NCBI GenBank assembly: GCA_965637545.1
Contig: OZ281496.1
Span: 26,040,001 to 26,104,000 of the forward strand
Reading direction: 5' to 3'
DNA length: 64,000 bases
From: Phallusia mammillata
Taxonomy: Eukaryota
Part shown: piece by piece, positions 41,101-54,328 of the stretch
How positions within the stretch are numbered: the stretch's first letter is position 1
How the letters are laid out: each line of letters begins with the position of its first letter
Translations under genes and position numbers: made by a program
The notes under the pieces: generated by a model
Seen by the model: only the letters and a program-made list of their open reading frames with translations
What the model was told of the DNA's origin: nothing
Database searches by the model: none

Positions 41101-44100
41101 ACATCCAAAAAACTTACTTTGTGTATAACAGACACACGATTTCCTCTCTCTGAACTGGCAGAATCCTTGCGCTTACTTCCAGGCTTGCCGTTGCTCAAAT
41201 TCTCCAGTTCTCGGGTCAGGTTCAATTGTTCCATTTGCAAACGATGCATTTCAGCCGCGACCGTTGCTGTCAGGAGTTCATTGATTTTATTGAGATCGCC
41301 GGATTTTCCACCGCCCGAAATCATTTCACTGTAAGCTGCTATCATTAGTTTGTTCAAATCTTCCTGCGTTGGTTGGTTGGTGCCCTGTCCTTGACCTTGT
41401 AGGGCCGCTAAGAAGTCTTTTTCACTGAAACTAGGTACTGAGTGCTGAGACTTTGAGGAAGCCGTGTTGAAACTTGGACTCTGTGATTTGCGTTGCGGAA
41501 ATTGCTTTACAAGTCGCACTGGCGAAGAGCTACTCCTCGCTGCCTCTGGGGTCGCTTTAGCTTTGACCAGGGGCAACGGCGAAGTCTGCGAGGCGTCTCG
41601 GTTTGAATTCCCGCCGAGCGGCGATGGGGTAGTTTGTCGCTGTAGCGAGTTAGCTACTGATGTTGGGTTTGCCTGTTTTCGGCGGCTCCTGATCTCATTG
41701 GGCTTCGGAGAGGATTTTCTATCACTTGGTGGATTTAGAAATGATGGGAGACTGCCACCTGGAGGATGATCTGGCTGCTGCATTTGCGAGTACAGTGCAG
41801 CCATAAAATTGGAATCTAAAAATAACTTTATCATGTAAGTTACATTTTAGATTTTCCTGTTAGAAAATGCAATTTTATAAAGTACTATAAAAAACGAGAT
41901 TAAATACACTTATTCTAAACGTTGTTTGCGAGTTATTTTAACCTAATGCAAAATTTACAAATTGCAGAGAATACGCAATGAAGCAAGCCAGAAAATTATT
42001 TAATCACTTTTTACAGTTAATTTTTTCAATAAGTATTGTTACAGCACAGTTAATTTTTTTCAATATTATCTCATCGTAACTTTTTTACGTTTTTTTTTTA
42101 CTGTGAAACTGACAAAGTAGTTTTGTTAGTTAGTGGCATGATTTTTACATACCAAGTGCATTAGCTAAAGTGTGATCATTTCCTCGACTAGGAGATTTAA
42201 AGTCTTGGGGTTGATCTCGACTGCGACTGCTCGATCTCCCACTGGATGTTGCACCATGTGAGGAGGAAGCTTTTGAGGAAGATCTGGATCTGTTGCTGCC
42301 TGACTGTTGTCCACTTGATTGAGGCATCTGGAAAGGCAAAATATTTTTTAAAACTTCACTGCACTTTTTATTTTTTAAACCCAACTTATTCTGTAAGTCT
42401 TGTTATATATTTTAGCCATTAACAGATGGACTGAGGCTACAGAACAATAGTTTAATTGGCATTTTTCATACTGTTTTGTTTAAAAAAATCATCAATGTTG
42501 CTATCATCAATGCAACAGTCTAACATATTACTTAAACATCATGAGTTAGCCAATTATTATCAAATGCTATAGTATGCACAAGGCATTAGCTGCAATGCAA
42601 AACCAAGCACCATCCCCACAAAATAGGAAGGTAAAACCAAAAATGGGTTCAAATAGTAAGAGCACACAAACAGATATACCAAAAGAAAGCAAATACAAAA
42701 TGTAAAAAAATCCCCTGTCAATGTAACAAAAATGCACAGACAACGTTTTTACCTGGCCTAATGCTAAAAGAGCTTCTATACTTGGCTGGGAAGCTTTTAA
42801 AGAGGAATTTGGAGAAAAGAACTCTGGGGGAAGGCCAACATTTGGTAAAGAGGAGTTAAGCTGCTGTGCTGATGATGACTAAAAATTTTAGTAAAACAAA
42901 TGTTAAAATTGTGTCAGCAAATATTTATATCTTCCGTTCAAAAAAATAAAAGTAAACAAAAACATTTAATTTATAACTTCAATATCTATTTTTTTCACAG
43001 AACATTTTAGGCGTTTTTTCTCCTTAATGGAAGACTAACACAAACTGTAAATTCTACATAGGATCGCCTGGTAAACACACCCTTTGTGAAGATTGGGATG
43101 ATTTGGCTTCTTTCTTGTTCAGAACCTGTAATGCTGCCTGTATCTGTTCCTGCTGTTGCTGCAACTGCATTTGATGCAGAATGAACTGCTGTTCAAACTG
43201 TCTCATTAATTCAGCCTGAAACAAAGAGTAATGAGTTGCGCACAATAATACACAAACAGTAAACATAACTAAAAAATTGCTATCATAACAGTTATATAAC
43301 TGAATATAGTGTTTTTGCCAGGCATATTTCACAAACTTTACTTTTAGCTCAACCATCAAATATAAACAAATCTTCCTATACTAGGTTGGGTAGAAGACTT
43401 TATGAAAAACCCCAAAAAGAGGTGTTAAAATTTTGGAAGATTTGTATATATTTGCTGGTTAAGGAAGGTTTACAACAGGTATCTATTATTTTGTAAAATA
43501 TAATCTTTGGTTGATATCCTTTAATACTGGCATAAGCATTAAAAAATAAGATTCCAACAATGTAAAATTTGAGTACAAAATTAAATACATACAAAATGAA
43601 ATGCAAGCAAACTGTTTTAAATATTCACCTGCATGATCTGTTCAGTTTGGGCCTGCTTTTGTGCCAATGCTTCATATTGCTGTTAATGCAAATGAATAAT
43701 TCAAGTTACATAAATCACTTGATATTTTGGAACACTATATACTGATCCGTTTGTAAGTTTAATGGTGACGATTGACGAACATTTATTTCAGATTTATTTT
43801 GCAGAAACATTTAAAAAATGTCACTTTTTACGTCTATTTGGGCCATTATTTTCACCATTAAACTCATTATTTTGTATGCTCACGTTTGAAATCACTTTTG
43901 AAACTGTTTCAGAAGCTGTCATCTGAGGACTCTTAATCTTTCTCGACTGTCGAGATGGAGTGCTCGGCCGAGGTGAGCTGTGGTTGGGCGTCATTCTTGA
44001 GGAAGTTGCATTGCTACCAGGCCATGAATTTTTGGATCCTTTGTTAAAACACAACATAATTGATCAACTTGTTGTAGTAAAGAAATTATAGGCATGTTCA

Positions 44101-45628
44101 TAACCATTTCAAAGGGAATCATATTTTATTTAAACCACTACAATCTTGCACAAGATAAAAGTTTCACAAAAAAACAATTGAACATCTGTAGATTTAACAT
44201 TGCTAATTGATTACTTTCCAAAAATACACATAAATATATTTTCTACAAATACAACTAGACGGGTGTTTTTTTCATTTTATTTATTATATAACCCATTTAC
44301 CCATAGTTTAGGACAGTGGTTCCCAAACTGTGGGCCATGGCCCAGTACAAGGCCACCAAGACATTTTCAATGGGCCACAGAGCCATTTGAACAGATTCTA
44401 CTGTTTTGTTACACTGTAGATATTAAGCGCTTTGTTTTGAAAAACATAATATTTGCAAAGAATTCCGAATCTTGTAGCCAAATTTCAGGAGTGCATCTCA
44501 TTAAAAATAAATTGCTAGAAAATTTTGCCTGTTTTTAAGTTATTTTTTTGTTTGTGCCCAAATTTACAGTACATGGTGAGCCACGAATCGCTATTAAATA
44601 GACACTTGGGCCACAGACCAAAAAAGTTTGGGAACCCCTGGTTTAGGATAACAAATAACATGTGCGTAAATTTCAATAGTTAGAGCTTTTTTGACCAACT
44701 GTTTGGAACATACCAGCGTTAGACAAAACAAAATACAAGCAAAAACAACATGTGTCCCTAATGTCAGGGAAGGGGACCCATAAATACCTTGTACAGAAGA
44801 TGGAACCGGTGATTTTCTGTTGCCTGATGAACTGGTGGCATTTCTTTTACTTGAACTTGAAGATGATTGCTTATTTGAAGAAGCACTATTCTGGTCAACA
44901 AAGTTTCCAAATGGATTGGCTGCATTCATTTGCGTCAAAAATTGGGGTGGAACCGACCCTCCCATTGCAGCTAGCAGTTGTGCTTGTTGTGCCATTGCAA
45001 CCCAATCTGCACCTATCGTAAGTGTTTGGTTTAGTAGTAGAAAACAAAGGTTGTCCTGTCAAAATGCAAACCACCCAAAAGGATATTTTTATCAGTGTAC
45101 AGCCTTACTTAAAATTTCTCTACAGTTTAAAACATTTTTCCAGTTTCTTAGGGCTTAGTTTATTTTTTATTTTTGCTTACCTGCTGCTGCTGCATTTCCA
45201 GGAAGAAAGCCAGGAGGGAAACCACCAGGTGGTAAACCCCCCATTGCACCCAATGCTGCCAGTGTAGTTGGATCCATTAAAGGCATACCTCCTGCTCCTG
45301 CTAACAGCTGCTGAGCATCAAAACCACCGTGCATCATTCCAGCAGCTAAATATAATTAAATCCCATTGATTCACACTTCAACAAAATTACCTTTGGAATA
45401 ATTTCAAACCTGGTTTGCAACAAAACTTTGTAGCTGTATACACTTACAGCAAAATCTGTTTTAAACATATATTTATTAAATATTACACACAAAACCCATA
45501 CCTCCCATTAATGTAGGATCAAAAAGACCAGCCATGCCAAGTTGGGATGCAAGTAAATCTTGAGCACTTGGTGCTCTTTGGCCCCCATTTCCTTGACTAT
45601 TCTTGCCTCTACCCTTTTTCATATCCAT
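17198..45628 (-). CDS. BAZ2B: Bromodomain adjacent to zinc finger domain protein 2 (BAZ2A/B, toutatis-like), about 35 coding exons
   Basis: gccATGG at 45628 with an upstream in-frame TGA. MBD/TAM exons 38542-38460, 38399-38304, 37860-37750 (RKRRRLLSNEVELKEPLQLGWTRE...HFSFAANVRIGSFY). Coiled coil ERERRRQHLILLK at ~34.3 kb. DDT 33188-33072 and 32762-32620. WHIM1 at ~31.4-31.5 kb (QKAEILAFLVNEL). LGQDRYKRRYWVL 28436-28323. GWWKI...LHSRGIREKHL 22490-22332. WHIM3 20239-20113 (LESCIAWEK). Bromodomain 17871-17728 and 17405-17198 (PVDLNEVPDYKKIIKKPIDF...VFDNCRTYNEDESAIGRAGH). Splice phases chain in frame throughout. Confidence 0.93.
18499..18707. mobile_element. hAT-type MITE
   Basis: TIRs cagtggtcggcaac / accgacccctg; perfect 8-bp TSD acttaggt. 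Same family as 58490-58723, in inverted orientation. Confidence 0.9.
19298..19357 (-). repeat. Short repeat with hammerhead-ribozyme-like core (probable Penelope-like remnant)
   Basis: Minus strand CTGATGA-T-GGCGGC...GTC-GAAA-...AATAAA. Relatives at ~3405-3462, ~35519-35592, ~40785-40848 and ~58263-58332. Confidence 0.5.
24258..25884 (+). mobile_element. Non-autonomous Helitron/Helentron-like element with internal ~157-bp tandem repeat, copy 1
   Basis: Starts aactagaa. About 1 kb unique, ~3.3 units of a 145-158 bp repeat, an (AAAAAAG)n tract, and a perfect 3' hairpin GTCCCCTTC-AGG-GAAGGGGAC (25857-25877) followed by ccataat. No TIR or TSD. Confidence 0.6.
29445..31111 (+). mobile_element. 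Non-autonomous Helitron/Helentron-like element, copy 2
   Basis: Same ends, internal satellite, (AAAAAAG)n tract and hairpin (31084-31104) as 24258-25884. A degenerate 3'-end fragment also lies at ~44650-44783. Confidence 0.6.
35173..35471. mobile_element. hAT-type MITE
   Basis: TIRs caggggtgggcaacc / ggttgcccacacctg; TSD ggctacac. A related inverted copy lies at ~57229-57545. Confidence 0.9.
38003..38076 (-). other. tRNA-like cloverleaf at the 3' end of a ~170-bp repeat (SINE-like or tRNA pseudogene)
   Basis: GCCTGCG acceptor stem, A-box TAGCTCAGTGG, anticodon stem GAGTC/GACTC, T-arm GTGGG-TTCGAAT-CCCAC, then a T-run. It lacks U33 and has a D-stem insertion. A related truncated copy is at ~32880-33000. 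Confidence 0.65.
38639..39040. mobile_element. hAT (Ac-like) MITE with subterminal ccgag/ctcgg repeats
   Basis: TIRs tagggatgcgcc / ggcacatcccta; TSD caagtgac. Confidence 0.9.
44314..44640. mobile_element. hAT-type MITE
   Basis: TIRs cagtggttcccaaac / gtttgggaacccctg; TSD gtttagga. Confidence 0.9.
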
Positions 45629-47499
45629 GGCATATTTGGCATCAGCAATTGTTTCATTATTACAATACCAGTGTACAAATATACAGATGTACTTTCACCT
45701 AAAACAGTGACTTAAAGAAAAATAGCAAACTTTTTAATCATGCATTTTTTTTGTCATATTATACTGTAACAAATGTTTCGATTGTGTGGCCCTCAACTTA
45801 CTTAAAAGTTCGTTTTTGGCCCTTAAAGTTGTTTGAGTTTGTCACTCCTGCTATAACCTAATTAACCTTATGGAGTTTAAAAACACTTATAATGACTGTC
45901 AAATGTCAATAGGTTGTACTGCTTTAAAATGTGTGCGAATAAATGTATATTTTTTACATTATTTGTTGGTTGTTAAAAGCAAAATTGTGACCCTATTATG
46001 TAGCAAAACACAGAAAAAGCGGAGTATGTAGCACGCCGGCGACCTACGACCTGCGACCGCCCACATGAGTGGAATACGACCTTTAACAATGTATTATTTG
46101 TTGACACAGGTTCACGCGAGATGTCGTCGTTGAGCAGTACAGCAAAGCATAACGTAACAGTTCGTCTCATTCACCCATACAATAAGCAACACATACTTTC
46201 CGGTTCGAGCATAAAAGCTGGATAAACAGTATGTTTTACAAAACTTTCCTGGAAAAGTCTTGCGACAAAAGTAACTACAGCTGACGGATGCCTTTCCAAT
46301 ACATATTCCGGTAATAGTTGCCGGTGGCGTAACTTGCAGTCTACGTCTCATATTTGCTGGTTTGTCCTTCAATATAGCCGCCCAGATGCAGTTATAGGAC
46401 AATATCAAAACGACTCGTAGGCTACATAATAACTAAGGGAAACCAACTGCATATTGCACAACCATACAAGAGAGACACAATAGTAGAGCGCTGCTCAAAC
46501 TTGTTCTGGCAGTCTCATCAACGGTAAGGAAATCGATTTTGGTAGTCGCGCAGGGTCAGAAACGATAAAATTCCTTGATTAGTCCTCAAGCCATAAGCCG
46601 TGTACGTTTACAGGCGATCCTACAAGCTGCATAGGCTGCATGCCGGAAGCCGCTTCAGCGCATGAGGCCTTTATTCGTCGACACTTCCCATTCCTTGCAC
46701 TGTGGCCGGCAACATGTGTTCTATTTATTGAAACACCCAGTGGTAGACTATGCGCAGTTGCCCTAGCTGTAAGGTATGTACATAATTAGCAACTGTCCAA
46801 AACAAACTAAGCTTTTCAACTGCTTTAATAGTGTGATACTTCTATAGCGAGAGACTGTTTGCTATTTACATTGCACGTGCGTAACAGTGTTACCCGGAAA
46901 AGATGACGCCTCCAACTGATTGTGACCGTCATTTAGAAGGGTGCTGACGACAACAAACATGTAGGCTGCCATTCTTGCCCAGCGCATTGCGACACCAATT
47001 GTTAGATTGCTGAAAAACGAAGGGAAGGCTTGCCCTTTCGCCCTTACAACTGTTCCGGCGTTTTATGTCTAATGCTTGTATTGTAAAATTAAAACAATCT
47101 GTACCACCTTAATGCGCAGATTATATTCATGCTGGTGATATGAACAAAAATAATACTTGATACATTTAATTACCACACAAAATCACATTGTTCTGGATAT
47201 AAAATCAAGACGCCTGTCGACCTTTAACGGTATTTTTAGCTACTAAATATTTCTCCCAACTGTATTTAGAACGCACATGTGTGTATAAACACGTTGTTTA
47301 ACTTAAATAAACACGGCAACTTGCGTTTACCACACCTTCTTCAAAGTATACCTAAATTAGTGTCAACACAAAAACAAACACCTGCCCTAATTACTAATTA
47401 AAAGGTGTGAAGTATGTTAGTTTCACCCTGCGTTTAGTTCCCACGCTGTTATATAGCTGCTTTGCTTTCTATATCCAAACGAAAGGAACCCTAGCTGCA

Positions 47500-48960
47500 G
47501 GTAGGGCAGGCGCTGTTGCTGGCAGTAATGGCTGACGGCGAACGTGATAAAACAGACGCAGCAATAACTATCATAAAACAAGACGCTTCTCTCTCTCTCA
47601 TGCGCAGTTAAACAGACAAAGAAATCGGTCTCGACATTCGGACAACCTAGCGCGTGATACCGACTGAATCGGTCTGAAAGCCCTTCACCAGTATGCCAAA
47701 CCTAACCTCAAACCACATCTAAACAAACGGGCTAAACTGTCAAATGCCCTTTTCATAACACCTGCCCGCTATCGCCTGTCGATGTAAGTAAACTTCCGCC
47801 GGATGTTTGTCATATTTTGCTTTCGTTTTCCTGCACAAAAAGTGGTTACATTTGCTGTTCTCCAGATGATATCAGGGCCAGCCCGCTGCGTGGCAAGAAG
47901 GGAAACGATTGCGCTGGCGCGGAGAGAAAGAGCGGGCGCTTTTAACAACACCGAAAAATAATCGAGCGTTACGACGAGACAGAAAATGAGTAGTAAGTAT
48001 GTAGTAGTGGCTCGATGTACCGCGCACTTAGCGCGCATGCGAAAGAAAACAAACCAAGGCACGTGTGAGTCTGACCGACGCGCGCGCCTGTTTTTGTGTG
48101 TGTTTGGCAATGCGAGCGCCCGTGACTATTTAGGAATAACAGAAACAAAGGGAGCGACCGCTCGCCCACTTTGCCGAACCAAGTCGGTGCACAGAGAAAG
48201 GAGGAAACGCGGTATTGCCACCGTGATCAATTAAAGAGGCAAAAGGGATAGACAGCTAGGGCCAGCGACTTGTCAAAGATACGCTTATTACACCAGGAAC
48301 AAACCGGGCCATTGCTTCAGTCGGAAGGGTATCTAGCGGGTTGGTGCAGGCCCACCCTGCATGGTGTGACGTGTTGGCCATACACAGGCATTGTAGCTGT
48401 TGGTTTTGGGGGCATTAAGACCGATTGCTTTCGTTACAGGTTATACAGCGATTAAGGTAAAAGATAGGCAACCGTAGGGCTTTTTGTTTCCTCGATAGCA
48501 CGGCGGTAGCAGTGGATTCCCTTGAAGCGAGGTAAAGTCGCGCTTTTAGGCTGCGGCTTGTCTCGAGACAGATGGCACCGTGTGCGTGACGTTGTCGAAT
48601 TGTCGAGGTGCAATGTATTTCTTTCTCTCGCTCGCCGGGGCGATGATGCTGTTGCTGAATGACAGACCGCTTTGCCTTGCCTCGTCGCCCGTTCGCTCGT
48701 GATCACGCAGCGTTGGTGTGATGAAAGCAAACCGAAAAGTCGACCTCGTGAATCTCGAAGCAAATGATGTCACAAAAAGCCGTCGTGAGGGATTGGCCAT
48801 TACGCCGCGCGCCATGTAACTGCCTGACTTGCACGATTGGGGGATAAACTGTACAGGTCGCTATGAAACCAGGCGCCCGCAATGAAAACACTGCTGGGCG
48901 TTTCGGGAAAGCAAAGCACTTGTACCGCAGGTTTCTATTCGACCCACATGTGTTCTTTAC
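47500..48960 (-). promoter_or_regulatory. CpG/GC-rich putative promoter and 5' region of BAZ2
   Basis: Local rise in GC and CpG in an AT-rich window, 2-3 kb upstream of the BAZ2 start codon. CCAAT-like (ggccaatc), GC-box/E2F-like and tgacatca motifs on the minus strand. No coherent coding exon found. Confidence 0.5.
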
Positions 48961-51471
48961 CCTTGCACAGCGGGACCATGTTTTTAGAAACATTGTTTAT
49001 TTTGGCAATGCATGTTGGTAAACAAGGGTTGATCTGTTTCTTACTATAGTATTATTTCCAACGCCGCTAAGTTATCTGATTTGTATTCCCAAATTCCTTC
49101 ATATGTATATGTATTACACACATGTAGTTTCTATAGATAACGTTGAAAAGTAGCTAAAACCGAAACTTTATTTGAAGTGTTATTTGCACGAAGCTAATGT
49201 ATTTGCCAATTTGACACCTTGTGTTTAAATCTCCAACCTAAACCAGAAATAACGCTATAGCAGCTTCCAGAGTTTATATAGAGCAGCTTCCAACGTTTAT
49301 ATAGAGTTTCCCAGAATTAAAAACGTTTAATTCATTCGCACCAACGGCCTAGATGTGTGAAAATTTACTTTTGAGATGTTTCAACTTCGACGAACTTTAC
49401 GCGAATGTTTTTTACATTAAAGACGTGTATTTTGGTTAAAATCGTGTGTTTTATAACCTGTGTTTCTGCACCTCGTTTGTCCCCCCGCTACTGTTTACAG
49501 AGGGTTATGTACCAATGTGCACTGGGTAGACTGTTTCATACAGACCAAGATAAATAAAGTGAGGTATATCCACAAAGCGGCTCAGTTGAATTTATGGTGT
49601 TATTTATTCACCCTGGCTTGGTGTGTTTAACATCCAGAGTTTTCATTAAAAAATATGCCAATTTAAATTCTTTGCGTATTTTTGTTTGTGCAGTAGCTGT
49701 AGTATGAAAGTGGTTTGCCTAAACGGAATTTAAACCCTTAGGGTTTGTTTCACATTAAATTGGGTAACCTAGTAACAAGGTAATTTTCTTAAAGTTTGAA
49801 TGCTAAATTATACATGGTTTGCTAATAACTTACTACAAACCGTTACAAACAACATAATTCACACCATTAACAACTATTAAACTATTCATAACCACGTTGT
49901 TAAAAATAAAGCAAGTAATTACATAAGCAGACCTTGATAAGCGATTAAGCACGCCCAGCGGCATACTTATGCGTTAAATTAGGACATGTACAAACTTGGG
50001 GTCTTTTGTGCATTAGGTATTAGAGACAACGGCTGTTTTTTAAGAATCGGAAATATTACATATTTTGCAACTAGTTTCAAATAATCAGTTCCCATTAAAT
50101 CATAGCGGTTAACATCGTAAAGTAGGTTGAATCCCACGAGGTAAATTATGATAATGACAGACCTGTCGCCTTGTTTTGTGTTGCTCAGTTAATTGCGCTT
50201 TATTGCCATCAAGTGACAAATACTAAACATGTGTTAGAACGCCAAGTGTCGCAAGCGAAACGTAAGTGATGACCCAGTTGCTGATCTACTAGTCCAGTAG
50301 TTCTCAACCTGGGGTACGTGTACCACTAGTGGCAGGCCGGAACTTTTAAATTGGTACGCGAGTAGGTTTCTGCTATACCTAATTCAAGTACCATTATAAA
50401 ATGGAACTTTACTCTCCTAACTGATCAGCGCTAGTTTGGGGCAAAACTTCTTTTTGGAATTTGCTAATCTTGCTGGTTTTACAAATACACTGTCGAAGTC
50501 AAAAATGCAGGCTTATTTCTTGGTTTACCCATTTAATCATGGTTAAGGTGCTATACGCAGCAATAGATAAAGGTCGTTAGGTGGTACGCCATCAGTAGAA
50601 GGTTAAGTACCACTGGACGCTTTGAAGAACATGACACAATATTCTTTCACTTGACTTGTACCTAATTTATGTTTTTGTTTTTTATTGTTTTGCTGCCCAA
50701 ATAGGATAGTGCGTAGTTTTGACCTTGTTAAGTGTGGTTGTAACTAAAGTTGCAAAAGTTGCCCATACTGCATTTTTTGTACAGAAAAAAATTAAATTCG
50801 AATTAGGCGCGAGCAATAGTTTTACCCAGGTAAAGTTACAACAGCAACGTGACCGAGTGTGAAGTCAGGCGCAATTGAAACCGTTTTACTTAAACTTAAA
50901 CCTAAATCGAACCTGAACCCGACCCGTAAAACTCGGCAACACCCACAACACTTGAAAACATGTACTTGATTGAATACGGATTAGAACCCGCAACCCGCAG
51001 GTTGCACGTTTACGTAATTACCACTTGGCCATATGTTTCCATTGCCTTGTAGTATAGCTGCAAGATCAGTTTCGACTTGCGTGTTATGTAATACGACACT
51101 ATTGCCAACTTTTGAATTTGGTGGTTTTTTAACCTTTTTGTAAACGCCCAATGTTTGTCGTACACTTCATATCGAAAGAGGCAATAAAACAAAAGTTTTT
51201 AGTTTTCTGAATTTAGCTGAAATCTACCTAAAAGCGTACCTCAAAGAATCCACTGGTGTACAGATTTAAGTGCTACCATTAATAAATTTATTTTGTATAT
51301 TTGTTTCACCTGATTTGTACATAAATGCCGAAAAATCATTAAACAATTGTTATTTCGCTTAACATTAGAAAACACTTACGTTAAGCTGTTCAAAAATATG
51401 TAATAACGTTACAAAATATGACTGGTAAAGGTTAGTAGTCGATGGAAATGCCATGATCGGATCCTTAAACT

Positions 51472-52993
51472 TTAACAACCGCCGCCAAAAATAGAGTAAC
51501 AGCTGCTTGTGTGGCGACATACATGCATTTGACAACGCAGGCAAGGAATGAAATCTGTAAAACAAACTTAAGTGGTTTCACGGAATTGACAAGCAACAGG
51601 TGATAGAATTTCCCATAAATGGAGGGATAGACTTTCTAATTGCCGCATGTCTGCATTTGAACCACAGACCACCACCGCAGAATATTTGAAAACAGAATAT
51701 ATACGGTTAAAATTCCGCGGACAGTTCATAGAACATTTAGCCATAGCTGACTTAGAACAAACCACAGAGTATATTTTCTACCTTTACGCACGATTCGCAA
51801 GCATTAATTAAATCGAGTGGCGTCCAATCCACAGGGAATTGTAGGTAATTTTTGTACATTTATGTCGTTTACTCATTTTACATTGAAGCAATTCACATAT
51901 TTTTTAATTGCATTTGAACAAGGTACACATATAGTTGGTCTCAAATTTCCTTTGCTAAAAAAAGACGTTTTTTCATAAAAGAAGTGTTGCCACTTAACGC
52001 TTTCACATAATACACACAAATAGTCTCCAAGCCATTGAATCAAGTGTTTATAAGTGTGCTGGTTTGGAATGAGTATCATAAGCTAAAAACAGGCATAACA
52101 AAAACTTTAACTTTTGACATTTGTAAATAAAAAGTCCTAAAAAAGAGTGTACAAGTTAAAAAAAAGGAAAAAAAAGTTTTAAACCATCGATTTCAACAAA
52201 TTGGTAAAACACTTGTGCGCGAATGCTGGGTGTATGCTATAGATAATACATTTGATCATTTGTAGCGATGACGAATTAGTGTGAGACATAGGGTCAAAAA
52301 AATGTGCCTAATATCAATGACACCCACTTTGATAATGGTCCCCCCATACAAAACGTATTGTTTTCTCAACTTAAATTAACAGTAGATAGTGCGTGCTTTT
52401 TTTTTGAAAAAAACTTACGCCTTGCGTGTTGGCAATTCCAACCAGTTTCAATCCACTCCTTACTGCAATACGAGTAAATGCATTTTCGGAAAAAGCGCGT
52501 GCTGCTGAGGCCTGCACAAAAAGTTTGGAAGTAAATGTTTATGAACATTTTGAATGGTTTTTAAATAAGTAATTGAAGCCAAAGCTGGTAATTCGACATG
52601 AAAACATGCCTAAAACTTTGTGCTTTAAACTAGTGATGCACCGAACCCACCTCAAAAGGTTCGGGCGAATAATTTTGGCCAAATAAGGCCGCATCAAACA
52701 CCCCCCTTTTGATTGATGTTTTCAATTAAACCCTGTGTTGTTGACATAAAGGAACTGGTTTATGACATCCCAAAGTCGCTCACACAAGCTTTGCTAAGCT
52801 GCTAATATTTTGCAGACAAGGTGACTTGTATTTTTTAGATGCAGTAATCAGGTAATTCATGATTTTTATATTCGCGATTTTGAAAGTTTTGGCATTAATT
52901 TCATACAATTAAAAAGTCCGGCATATTAAAAAAACGGCATGTTCGGCCGAAATGTTTCGGCCAACCGAAACTTCGGTGCATCACTACTTTAAG

Positions 52994-53026
<33 letters not shown>

Positions 53027-53246
53027 TTAAACCAATTCGATTTAGCCCCACCAATACCTTTTGCGTTACACAAAACAATTTGATTTGCTGGGAAAATAAA
53101 TACGCGAAATACAAGTTATGGCAGACTACGGGAAGTAAGTTATGGAGGAAAATACAGGTTTCAATAAATTTCTTACCCTTTTCGCTGGTGATAATAACAA
53201 AACGCGTCATGACCATCGCAATGGTATTCAAAGTACACATTTTCAT
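51472..53246 (-). CDS. Small 8-Cys putative secreted peptide, copy 1 (81 aa, family not recognised)
   Basis: Exons 53246-53177 (ccaaccATG; G|gtaaga), 52511-52419 (tgtgcag|...C|gtaagt) and 51554-51472 (ttttacag|...TAA). 70+93+83=246 nt. Protein MKMCTLNTIAMVMTRFVIITSEKGLSSTRFFRKCIYSYCSKEWIETGWNCQHARHFIPCLRCQMHVCRHTSSCYSIFGGGC*. AATAAA on the minus strand at 51292-51287. Confidence 0.78.
52631..52986. mobile_element. hAT (Ac-like) MITE in intron 1 of the peptide gene
   Basis: TIRs tagtgatgcaccgaa / ttcggtgcatcacta; partial TSD ctttaa. Followed by (ATCA)n. Copies at ~55488-55843 and starting ~62741. Confidence 0.8.
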
Positions 53247-54328
53247 GGTTGGTTCAAGGCAGATTTTGTTAACGTGTTGAAAACAAAACTGAAACGCATG
53301 GAAATATTTTCGGTTTAAACAGTATTTGAACTTTTATATGTTTGCTAACATGCGCGAAAGCTTTTTCTTTCACGCGACAAAGTGTAAAAAAATAACGAAT
53401 GATAAAAGTGTCTTGATATTTTTCTAATGTTTTTTCTATGAGTACGTTTTTTCGATGCGGCAACTTCTGGAATTTTTTAGCAACGATTTAGCAAACGTAC
53501 GCATGCGAATTTAAACGCAAACTTATTTATTTTAAAAGAAAAAAGTAACTAAAATGAATCAAAAAAGCAGATGCTCGTTTGTTTTAACAAATAGGGACTC
53601 TTAATCATTCTTTCATTAAATTCTATACTGACTTACGTAAAGCAAATGCAGTAACATGAAACTAAAAATGTTCATAATAAATATTTATTATTTTTCCTAT
53701 ATAGGTCATATCCAATTATTAACAAGATTAGATTGTGTTTTAATCCTTACAAAAATTTGCATTTGCACAATTAGGCCTATAAGCAATTTTGTTTTGATAT
53801 AGTTATTTCTTGTACTCCTGCAATGGCAAATCCTAGTTTAAAAAAATATGTCGAAAATCGTCTACGTTCTAAGAAAGCTTCACACCTGCACCAAAAAATC
53901 TAAAGACACCTGCGAAATTCAAGACTGAGTCGGTTTTTAAAAAATTTGCGACACACTATTGCCAACTTTTGAATTTGGTGGTTTTTTAACCTTTTTGTAA
54001 ACGCCCAATGTTTGTCGTACACTTCATATCGAAAGAGGCAATAAAACAAAAGTTTTTAGTTTTCTGAATTTAGCTGAAATCTACCTAAAAGCGTACCTCA
54101 AAGAATCCACTGGTGTACAGATTTAAGTGCTACCATTAATAAATTTATTTTGTATATTTGTTTCACCTGATTTGTACATAAATGCCGAAAAATCATTAAA
54201 CAATTGTTATTTCGCTTAACATTAGAAAACACTTACGTTAAGCTGTTCAAAAATATGTAATAACGTTACAAAATATGACTGGTAAAGGTTAGTAGTCGAT
54301 GGAAATGCCATGATCGGATCCTTAAACT

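Noticed and set aside
46112-48993. Several 60-113 aa ORFs upstream of BAZ2
   Set aside because: By-products of GC-rich regulatory DNA. No domain motifs or consistent splice chain.
49501-49563. Plus-strand exon-like block (tttacag|AGGG...GAG|gtatat) also present at 59531-59594
   Set aside because: The copies differ by a 1-nt indel (63 vs 64 nt) and show no synonymous pattern. No linked exons are conserved. At most a non-coding exon.
51365-51565. ORF-track proteins MFYRFHSLPALSNA... (also 54222-54422 and 61673-61891)
   Set aside because: Wrong frame. Substitutions between paralogues are synonymous only in the frame FIPCLRCQMHVC...GC*.
53637-53661. 25-nt micro-exon candidate (atttttag|TTTCATG...TTTAC|gtaagt) upstream of the peptide gene
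   Set aside because: Not needed for the ORF and there is no paralogue to test it. It may be a 5' UTR exon but cannot be supported.
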